DNA of 45,847 bases from assembly GCA_020536535.1 (NCBI GenBank), contig JAHLWZ010000021.1, positions 1 through 45,847 of the forward strand, read 5' to 3'. A program made the position numbers and the translations under genes. The notes beneath the pieces were generated by a model. The model was not told the DNA's origin, made no database searches, and saw only the letters and a program-made list of their open reading frames with translations. The first letter of the stretch is position 1; every line of letters begins with the position of its first letter. This document shows positions 21,900 to 31,746 of this stretch, in pieces. The DNA is from Pelomyxa schiedti. Its lineage: Eukaryota > Protista > Evosea.

Positions 21900-22330
21900 C
21901 GAACTTAATTTAACTACTTTCAACCATAACTCACTTCCCTTGAAGGAATGACCGTGGCCCTTCTGATGGAACCTCTGAAACAACCACACACATCACATCA
22001 CCCAAATACCTATGTACTGACTACTCATCATTATCATCCACACCATCAACAACCAGAAGCACCACATAATCAACATCCCATAACAGCAAATGCTGGACCC
22101 GACCTTGGCCGGCTCACATCAGCCGGGGCATCCTCAGAGGTGACATCACGCTGTTCCCTCCCACAATCGCAACAACAACAACCACTTTCACAACCAGCAA
22201 CACCGGGACCCACACTAGAGACGATCAATCTGGGGTTAGTTCTTGCTCACAGTTGCGCAGGGGTGTGACGGACAACCAGCCAGACTGATGACCTTGCTCC
22301 TCAGAAACCTGATCCTGAGAACCAGGGAAA
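21900..22330 (-). pseudogene. Possible heavily decayed family relic
   Basis: Broken minus-strand frames give SLVLR (cf. SLVPR), VPVLLVVK (cf. SPVLLALT) and VVDGVDDNDE*SVHRYLGDVMCVVVS (cf. FVIGVDDGDDVTVREECRGMVGVVIVS in copy I). Weak, by-eye similarity. Confidence 0.3.
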
Positions 22331-22421
22331 AGATCCCTGGTGTTCCTCAGGCTCCAATAATTCTTTTCTTTGTGGAAGAAGAAATTGCAAACCATTGAGG
22401 TCTCTGTGTCTCTCTCAGGAA

Positions 22422-22503
22422 GCGTCGGTGGCGGAGTTGGTCTAACGCGGTGCACTCAAGATGCATTTCCTTTGGAGCCTGGGTTCGAATCCCAGCCGGC
22501 GCA
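22422..22503 (+). tRNA. tRNA-Leu(CAA)
   Basis: 82-nt class II tRNA GCGTCGG...CCGGCGC-A; anticodon loop CTCAAGA; variable arm; followed by a T-run. Confidence 0.95.
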
Positions 22504-22567
22504 TCTTTTTATTCGGACATGTAGGAGAAAATTCTGTACAACATTGTTGCACACAGTTGGACTCACC

Positions 22568-22975
22568 TGTGTACTTTAGCAAGTACACGAGCTTTAGCTC
22601 TCTGGACACTCTGTGGACTCTGTACAAATCTCAACTCTCGAGATCCAATGCAGGCTTCATGGAATTACTGGAATAAGGCAGCAACGATCTTGTCTCATGA
22701 GACATAGAACGCACTCATGTGGACTGCAGTGGTGATTGATTCCAAGGTAATCTTGACTGAGAATTGGACAACAGTGTGTACTTTATCAAGTACACGAGCT
22801 TTAGCTCTCTGGACACTCTGCGGACTCTGTCCGAATCTCGATTCTCTAGATCCAATGCGGGCTTGATGGAATTACTGGAATAAGGCAGCAACGATCTTAT
22901 GAGACATGGACGCTAATGTGGACTGCAGTGGTGATTGATTCTGAGGCAATCTCAACTGAGAACTGGACAACAGCG
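22568..22975. repeat. Tandem duplication of a ~207-bp unit, possibly decayed LRR-coding sequence
   Basis: GTGTACTTTA-CAAGTACACGAGCTTTAGCTCTCTGGACACTCTG at 22569 and 22776; broken frames give LCPNLDSLD / LCTNLNSRD. Confidence 0.85.
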
Positions 22976-23186
22976 TGGCTTTGAAGCTAACCACACCAAA
23001 TTAATTATCCCTCAAACACATGCAACCCAAGCACAAGAACAAGCAAGAGAACCTTTACACTCACACTCTCTTTCGTTCTTTTTCCTCCATGCGGCTTTAT
23101 TCTCTTCCCACAGAAGCTAATACACCGCACCAAACAGAGAGTGTTTCACCAAGAACGGAAACAACTTTGAGAAAAAAAACTCAGTC

Positions 23187-23259
23187 AGGCTCCAGTGGGA
23201 ATCGAACCCGCGATCTTCGCTTTACGAGAGCGACGCTTTGCCAGCTAAGCCATGGAGCC
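23187..23259 (-). tRNA. tRNA-Thr(CGT)
   Basis: 73-nt cloverleaf, GGCTCCA variant, anticodon CGT. Confidence 0.95.
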
Positions 23260-23362
23260 TCCACAAGTTGGGGGTTCTGGCCTTGAACCCACTTGGTTCA
23301 TCTTGAAGCAGGAAAGCCGCAACGATTCGAAAAAAATGCGGCGGTTGTTGTCCCATGAAATT

Positions 23363-23452
23363 GCTCTGGTAGCTCAGTTGGTTAGAGCGCGGTACTTATA
23401 AGAACAGTATTGAGTCATGCTGAGGTCGTGGGTTCGATCCCCACCCGGAGCA
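23363..23452 (+). tRNA. tRNA-Ile(TAT) with 16-nt intron (23401-23416)
   Basis: GCTCTGG...CGGTACTTATA[AGAACAGTATTGAGTC]ATGCTG...CCGGAGCA; canonical 37/38 intron, typical of eukaryotic Ile-UAU genes. Confidence 0.93.
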
Positions 23453-23645
23453 AACTTTTTGTTATGTAGCTGGTTACAAAAAACCAACAGCTGTTGGTTT
23501 TCCCCTTCTGTGGCTGAAATGGAGAGTGTAAATTCGTACTACAACATAGTACATCAATTTTTGTTTCATTGGTCACTCGTCATCATCCTGATCATTGGTA
23601 CACTCATCAAGGGAAACCTTAGAGGCTGCGAATGTTGTTAGGGAC

Positions 23646-24428
23646 TTACAATTGTTGTGTAGGAAAACCTGCAGATGCCATTGTAAACAAGTCGAACATT
23701 GCTTTTGACTTGGTGAGGTCACTAGGTTTCTGTGTGTGAGTGTTTGTTGCAGTCAAAGATGCGCCGGCATGTATTAACAGGCGGGCAACGTCAATATGGT
23801 CTGCCCAAACTGCTCTTGTTGTCAAATGAGAAAGAGGTGTCAACACACGAAGGTTGTATGTGGATGAGAATACTTGTGTAGTGCAGTTTCTCCCTGAAAA
23901 TTTTTTGCATCAACATCAGCTCCGTGCTCCAGAATTAGCGAGGCCGCTTCTGAGTGGCCTCCAGATGCCCTATGTGGGAAATTAGAGTGGGGAAGCGTGA
24001 AAGGGCACCCACGAGTAGTGCAGTGGTGTATTTTTTAGTGTATCAGTTGCTGTGACTACTTTGGACCCAAGTGATGATATACATTCTGTGTTTCTTGTTA
24101 GCAGGGAGCGGGAAAAAAATGGTTTTTGTATAACATAGCTGCCGACTACACAACAAAGTGCGACCGTACCATTTATTAGGTTGATGTTGCCTCGTTTCGC
24201 GGCGCCGAAAATCAGCTCCGGCGAAGACGATACCGCTGTAGAGGGGTCACCAGTCGTTGTTGCCCTACCTTTAGTACCGCTGGGCGATGGACTGGTGCTT
24301 GTGTTGCTCGCTCTTAGCGATGATGACGACGATGAACCTGAAGACTTCAGCGACGACGAAGAAGGTACGTCGGCACCCGAAGATCTGCCACCGCTTCTGT
24401 GATGGCTTGTTCCCCCACTACCGCTCAT
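23646..24428 (-). CDS. Small spliced ankyrin-repeat protein with Ser-rich N-terminus
   Basis: Exons give IFGAAKRGN, DTLKNTPLHYS, ASGGHSEAASLILEHGADVDAKNFQGETALH, AVWADHIDVARLLIHAGA. Confidence 0.85.
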
Positions 24429-24679
24429 CACCACCAGACGTAGATCCGCTCAACCACACCCACTGCGTTAATCTTTGTTTTTTATGGTTTCTTCGGCACA
24501 CAAAATGCACTCGTTCCCAAGATACAGCAGCGCAGGGAGAGTAATGTGTCAACAGGGTGATGGGAGTTCGCTTCTGGTACCAGACCTTATCAGGAATCGG
24601 CACTTTTCGTTCAAAACGTCAACCCAAAAGAAAAGATCGACGAACAAAAAAAGAAAAAACACAAAAAGACAAGGATTTC

Positions 24680-27600
24680 ATGGCGACGACGCCGGGGAGT
24701 GGTGTCACGTCGTCGCCCACTACAAACCCCAGCCCGAGTACCCCAAATTCCAATAATAATAACCCGGCGACACCCACGCCAAAACCAATGACAGGCAGAG
24801 GTAATTGTGGGACAAGCGGCTAAATGACCAAAACAACAACAACAACACCTTTTTTCCCTTTTTTTTCTTTTGTTGTTGTTTTTCTGGATGTTTCTACTTC
24901 TATATTGAATCAACCGATTCAAATTTTTTTTTTAAATGGGCTGTTTATTGCCACAATTAGTTGGTAAGGTAATTCTAACTACATTTGTTTTTAGTCACAC
25001 CATGGGGGGTGATGACACCCAATAGGCTGTCACTATCAGGGACTCAATTCCAGGCATTTAGGCAAGCAGGAGTGATGCCACAGTCATCCACAGGCCAGCC
25101 ACCACACCCGCCTCCCCTGGCCAGCCGTGTTGGTTCAGGGCCTCCCCCTCGGTCTGCTGCAACCACTCCCGGTTCCGCTTCTACTACTGGTTCTCATGGT
25201 GCTGTTAATTCTGCACATTCAACACTCTCAAGTGCTAACAAACCAAATTCAACAACTACAAATACCGCTATAACAGCAGCAGATGACTACGGCGATTCCA
25301 CTTCACCATCTACACACCACCCTACATCTCCTGCTGTATCAACAAGACCACCGGGTATGTTGGGTCTTCGGCCTGTTTCCATGTCACTACCTCCAAGAAC
25401 TCCACCTCGCGGTGCTACTTCTGGTACCCCTACCCTACCTCCGCGATCAACTGCTACCAGCAGCAACACAACCACCAGTGCACCTCCAGTACCTCCGAGA
25501 ACAACCGGAACTGACAGTACTAGCTCTACTGCGACCAGTCCTGAAGATACCAGTGAAACTAGTGAAGCACCACCTCCCCTTCCACCGCGGGAAAGATCGA
25601 ACTCTAACCCAGAAGTAAAGCCGGAAATACCTGTAAGTAATACTGAGCCAGTTCCACTACTTCCACCCAGAACTAATCCCGAAGTACCACCTCCTCCCTG
25701 TGTGGAGGAACCCAAACAAGAAACTGCCACGGATGTGAAGCCTCCACCATACACACCCCCGCCATCCGATGACGTCCCCCCTCCTGCACCACCACCAGCT
25801 GTTGACGTTCCACCTCCAACACCTCCCCCAGCTGTTGATGTTCCCCCACCAACAGCTCCCCCAGCCGTAGATGTTCCGCCCCCTTCTGCTCCTCCAGTGG
25901 ATGTTCCTCCACCAGTATCTCCTCCGGCCGTTACTGTTCCACCTCCACCAGTTGCCGATGTTCCCCCACCGGCCCCTCCTCCAGCTGTTGATGTACCACC
26001 TCCCACACCTCCGCCGGCTGTTGATGTCCCACCACCTACAACTCCACCAGCCGTAGATGTTCCACCTCCAGCTCCACCCCCAGCTGTTGATGTCCCGCCA
26101 CCTACACCGCCACCAAGCGTTGATGTACCACCTCCTGTATTTGCACAGGCTGCGCCACCCACATCACCCCCGAGTGTGGGAATTCCGCCACCATCCCCTC
26201 CCCCAACCTCAAACACACTGCCAACTACACCTCCTCCCGCTTCCGAGGATGTGACTCCTGCCACGACCCCTGCCCCTTCATCCACACCTCCTGTCAATCC
26301 TCCCACCCCAGATTTAACCCCCGCAAAGACCTCTACACCCCTGAAAGGACCACCACAACGTTCAGCTGGGGGCCCTCCTGGGTCTCAGAATAAATCACCG
26401 ATTTTCCGGCCTGGTGGGACTACTCCAGGAAGTAGCCCAAGAGGCCTCCCACTGCCTTCACACCTAACAAAGTCACCTCAGTCAACACCAAAACCCCCAC
26501 CAGCGAAACCGACATCTCCATCTTTGTCACATGCTGCGGATGATGGGTATGGTGGTTATACAGACTATTCAGATTATGGTGCAGCTTCCACAAGTGAAGA
26601 CTATGGTTGTGGGGGCACTACTGCTCTTACTCCAATAGATCCCTCCAGTGCCTCTTCCCCCCAGAATCCTGAAGGTCTCACCTCGACTTCGGAGACACCT
26701 TCCACCTCTATCTCTTCGCCTACCGTTGTTCCCGCTCCCGCAACACCAAAACCAACACCCCCTCCACTACCCGAAAAGTCCGAGGTTATACCTAAAACTC
26801 CGGACGAGTCTCACTTGACCCCTTCAGTTGAAGACTCCAGCCAATCAACGCCAACAATACTCACTGTCCAAATTCCAAAAACTCCACCCGTAAAAAAGCC
26901 TCCGGGTGCATCTACAGTTCTCCCTCCTTTCAAATCTGGTACTCCTCCGATTAAGTCAACTCCAACGCCTCCACTGCCAACTCCAACTCCAGCAGTCAAA
27001 GCAGCAGAACCAGCAACAAGTTCCGTCACTGCAGGATACGACTCCAATGAAAATTACAGCGAGGGGATTAATTATGGCACCGCAGATATAAGTGGTTATG
27101 GTAGCGATGCCAGTGGGTATGGTGCCAGCAATAATACCACAGGTTATGGAACCACTAGCGACGTGAACGCTTACAGCGGGTACACTGACTACTACGGAGA
27201 GAACGCAAAAGATACCAATTCCAGTTATGGGCTCAGCTCCAACACTACTGTCAGTACCGGAACTGATGAATATGGCAATGCCTCTCCCCCTGTAACACAG
27301 AAGCCCACCCCGCCAAGTGGAACAAATCTTCCACCAAGCTCTACACTCTCCTTAATCGCAAAGCGGATACCTGGAGCAACCCATGGGCCGCCAAACAAGC
27401 GTGCATCAATGCCACAAGAAGTTTTGGAAGCTGAACTCGGCAAACCCCGTTCTCTCTCACCTCCATCATCTCCACTCACATCAGCCTCAACACCTTCAGT
27501 TTCCCCACATCCACCCCTCAGGTCTTCTGCATCATCAGGACCTCCAAAAGGCCCTCCCGCCCGTCGAGCCTCCATGCCACAGGACGCTCTTGAGGCTGAA

Positions 27601-29834
27601 CTTAAAAGATTTCACAATTATGGACCCTCAGACCTATCAGATTCTTATTCCACTGACAACGGTTCTTTTGTATTTTTTTGGCTCCCAATCTTAGTAGTTT
27701 CTAGGAGATGCATACGGAATGTCCCCTCTTTCTACCGCTACCACACCACTGAACGATACACTCCCTCCAGGCCCACTTGCTACAAACAATGCACCACCAC
27801 CTGGACCTCCACCTGGAAATTCCGTTCCACCACCCGGCCCTCCACCTAGTACCACTGTTCCGCCACCTGGTCCTCCACCTTCAACCGTAACTCCACCGCC
27901 AGGTCCGCCACAAAGCGATACAGTTCCACCACCTGGTCCCCCGCCTCCTGGCTCCCCTCCACCATCGAATGCAACTCCACCAGGGTTACCACCGGTTACA
28001 TCTACATCACCTCCTGTAGACCTTCTGCAGACAACAAGTACTACAGCCACTCCGCCACCTTCAGACGTTGCACCTCCAGACATACCACCACCCTCCTTTG
28101 ATTCCACTCCCTCATCTTCACCATCTACCTACCTTTTTTCTGAACCAGACACAGCTGATAACATATGCTACCGTACTATAGGAGGGGAAAATAAGTTATA
28201 TGGAGCCACTCTACCCAAACTTGTAGAAAAACTCACTGATTTGACAATACCCGGTTTGTATGGACATGTTTTCTTCCAGAACTAATCTGACTAAGGGCCT
28301 CAATTTGTCAAATCATTTCTGTTGACGTATAAATACTTTTCCAATACCAAGGAGATTCTTAACCTGATTACACTCCGTTTCAGTGTTCCCGACACATTTG
28401 AAGCTCAATTCCGTGAAACCATCCAGTTTAGGTTGTTCTAATAAATTCCAATTTCTGAAATGCTAAAAACGCATTTGCAGAGTGTGGTTCTTTGTTAAAG
28501 AGTGGATAAACAATAGCAGTCAGGATTTCCTCAAGCAGCAACCTTTAATTGATCAAATGACAAGACTCATTGAAATGATGGCTGCTTCACCGACTGAATC
28601 TGTAAAGCTGGCTGCCTTACAGCTGAAAAACACGTTTACTCATAAGGTATTTCATGAGTAACTTGAGACCCTTTAACTTCTCAATAGATGCAAGGGAAAG
28701 ACAGTTCTATGGTTTCTATTCTAAACCCACCCAAATCTTTTACCAGTTCATCTGTATGTTTCTCGCGTGAATTTCCCAGATAATTTTTTTGCAGTATAGC
28801 TCATGGATTGATGTCCACCCAGTCGAGTTCGCGCGTCAGCTCACCTTGCGCGAATTTGATGTTTTCAATAGAATCAAACCAACAGAGTGCTTTGGGCTGG
28901 CATGGACAAAAAAAGAGGCTGCAACCAACTCGCCCCATATACTACAAATGACACAAGAATTCAACAAGGTTTCTCCCCGTCAATTTACGGGTCTTTAACA
29001 TCTAAAGATTGGGACCTGGGTAGTCTCCGCTATCCTCAAACACCCAAAAGAGAAAGATCGGCAAAAGGTAATAAAGCGGCTCCTGCAAATATGTTCGGCT
29101 TTAAAAGATATCCACAATTACAACGGACTTATTGCAGTCATATCTGGACTAGGATCGCGGTCTATCTTGTAAGTATTTCCTTGGTTTTTCATGTGGTCTA
29201 ACTATACTCTCAAAGCCGTTTAAAGAAATCTTGGACTGTGTGCTCTTTTGAGTGTTGCTTTTTCTAACAAAAGCTAGGAAAAAACTACTGCATCCTTCAA
29301 CGAGTTCTCACACCTTCTGGAAAACAATTACCGGGAAATGCGAGAATTGTTAAATAATACTAATCCTCCCTGCCTGCCCTACCTTGGAGTTTGTTTAGCC
29401 CTCATAAATTGAAACGTTCCTTATCCTCCTAGATATATCTGACTGATCTGACATTTATTCAAGAAGGGAATGAGGTACTCCGATCCAAGCAACTTATTTC
29501 CCCTAATATTTGAAATCCAGGATTGCGTTCCAGGAACAAAAAGTGAGCGGCACTTGTTTTTCTTTTAAACTAAACCATGTCACTTTTATATAAACACAGT
29601 GATCAACTGGTGGAAAGCAACAATGAATGCCGGCGTTATTCAGCAAATAATGCAATGGCAACAACTAGGATTCGTAATGCCTCCCTTTCAAACAAAACCT
29701 ATGAAATAACCAACATCCAACAGGTATTTTCGCCAGTTCAGATGATTCAGAATGTGATCAACCACCTGGAAACCGACCTCACTGATGCAGAAGCCTATCA
29801 GTTATCCCTCAAAGTAGAACCAAGAACAGGCTGA
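24680..29834 (+). CDS. Multi-exon RasGEF (REM + CDC25 domains) with a very long Pro/Thr/Ser-rich N-terminus
   Basis: GATLPKLVEKLT, FVKSFLLTY (REM); HPVEFARQLTLREF, AWTKKE...SPHI, HNYNGL-AVISGL, PPCLPYLG|IYLTDLTFIQEGN, AYQLSLKVEPR (CDC25). Confidence 0.9.
25771..26136 (+). repeat. Coding tandem repeat, ~12 units of DVPPPxxPPAV
   Basis: Visible in the 24985..27849 translation; codons are diverged between units. Confidence 0.85.
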
Positions 29835-29999
29835 CGTCACAGAAACACCCACCATCACCCAATTGTCTTTGTATCGAGCAAAATTAGGATTTCACTACCT
29901 AGGTAAGAAAGAGAGCGAAATTTTGAGCTCACTTCGAGACTGCATCCTGCAATTCATCCATTTATAAATATCAAAACTCTTGGTTTCCGAGCTCCTGGA

Positions 30000-30072
30000 G
30001 GCTCCATGGCTTAGCTGGCAAAGCGTCGCTCTCGTAAAGCGAAGATCGCGGGTTCGATTCCCACTGGAGCCT
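30000..30072 (+). tRNA. tRNA-Thr(CGT)
   Basis: Identical to the 23187 copy; followed by a long T-run. Confidence 0.95.
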
Positions 30073-30091
30073 GACTTAGTTTTTTTTTTTT

Positions 30092-31162
30092 TCAAAGGAG
30101 GATGCGAGTGCCTGTAACTGCATCACAAATAACAATCTGGTCTGTTGCATTCCTGAGGGCCATCACATCATTCCTGATACTCAGGTGTGAGGTACTTGTG
30201 TGTACAGGTCCAGAGCAGCACAAAGGAGTGGCTGGATCACGCAGGTCATACACAATGTGGCTAGTTTCACCACTGATGTGGACTCCAATGTAACAGTGCC
30301 CAATGTAGACAATGTCATGATTGGATGGAACAACGAACAGCCTCTGGCGTGTTGTTGCACAAACTATGCACTGGTCACCACCTGGTGTGTAGGAATGGAC
30401 ATAGAAATTGTTGTCCCAGTGCCACATTTTCAATGGAATAGTTATGGCTTCCACAGAATTTGAGGACACAAGGCAAAGGGACCCCTTAGTGAAGGATTCT
30501 GTTAAGTCAACAACATCGATGCGGTACTCTTTGAGGGTATTGTACTGCAGGACTGCCAGCAAGTTGGAATCCACAAACTCAACAAAGTAGGGGGCACCCA
30601 AACAGGTCACTGAAATAGGTTCTTCCCACCAAAGTGATATATGCTGAATTGACATTGAAGAAGCTGTAAGCCTAACCATCCAGGCACTGTTGCATGTAAC
30701 CAGCTCAGAGGAATCCCTCCCACTAACCAGCTGTGTGAAGTGCATCCATTCCAATTCAGTCAAATCGGAGTGAGTATCAGCACCCAGGTCAACCATCCAC
30801 ACATCCCTCAGGTCGTGGTCCCTTTCATTTATCTTCTTCAACATAACAACTCAAGGAAACTGAGAATCATTGCAGCTCAAGTCGGTGACGTCATCCACTT
30901 TGCAGGCCAGAATACGCGGCCCCGTTACCAGCCCCAATGTTGGTGACGTGGCAAAAAGCAACAGCGTTCGGCTGTTTCCGGCCTGAACCAACGAAATAGT
31001 TGCGAAATGCGAGGGGAACGTGACCCACTCAATGCCAATGTGGCTCAACAAAGTTGACGTGAGCGACGACACGTGGGAGGACCCACCGCATCGTCCCACA
31101 ATTACACCTGCACCTAACGCAACAAACTGCTTCCGGGCGAGGATGTGAACATCGGTTTGCAT
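30092..31162 (-). pseudogene. Divergent ARxQ..RCG superfamily gene (copy M) with one in-frame TGA at 30851-30853
   Basis: ORFs 30851..31162 and 30092..30844 are in the same frame (...QFP*VVMLKK...); motifs ARKQFVAL..GRCG, SPTLGLV, CNSAWMV, VVDLTESFTKGSL, ICDAVTG. Confidence 0.65.
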
Positions 31163-31304
31163 CAGCCTCTCAAAGCCGATTAATCTGGCTGAATAAAATA
31201 ATCAACAGAAACAAATGTTTTCGGTTTTTTTTATTTCGCCATCTGATTTGATTTCTAAGAAAACCATCTGTCAGGCGCTCACGGTGCGTGTGGGCTAAAA
31301 AAGA

Positions 31305-31386
31305 TGCGCCGGCTGGGATTCGAACCCAGGCTCCAAAGGAAATGCATCTTGAGTGCACCGCGTTAGACCAACTCCGCCACCGACGC
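31305..31386 (-). tRNA. tRNA-Leu(CAA)
   Basis: Identical to the 22422 copy in reverse orientation. Confidence 0.95.
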
Positions 31387-31492
31387 TTCCTGTGAGAGAC
31401 ACTCAGAGACCTCAATGGTTTGCAATTTCTTCTTCCACAAAGAAAAGTATTACTGGAGCCAGAGGAACACCCTCTGCCTGTCTTGTTGTGGG

Positions 31493-31565
31493 GGTTTCGT
31501 AGTGCAACTGGCAGCACGTAAGTTTTACACACTTGAGGTCCTGGGATCGACACCCAGCGAAACCA
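31493..31565 (+). tRNA. tRNA-Val(TAC)
   Basis: GGTTTCG...CGAAACC-A; anticodon loop TTTACAC; T-loop ATCGACA. Confidence 0.9.
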
Positions 31566-31746
31566 GTTTTTGCTACCGTGTACAGTGGTTTGCGAAAGTC
31601 GTGAAGACATTTTTTCTAAAAAAAAATGGGCAGAGGAAGGGTGGTGTTGGCCGCAGAAAAGTCGTGTGTTGGAGTCCGTTGGCAACAGAAAAACAATTTG
31701 TGGGTCACCATCATTTTGGGGTTTCACAGAATATCAGCAAACGAAA

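Noticed and set aside
22568-22975. CRISPR-like array (palindromic repeat)
   Set aside because: The whole 207-bp unit is repeated; there are no unique spacers and only two copies.
25287-26306. 339-aa Gly-rich minus-strand ORF
   Set aside because: Antisense of the proline-rich RasGEF repeat.
31451-31460. ACTGGAGCC in the Leu/Val spacer matching the tRNA-Thr 3' end (att-like)
   Set aside because: A 9-10 nt match with no integrase or bounded element; likely chance.
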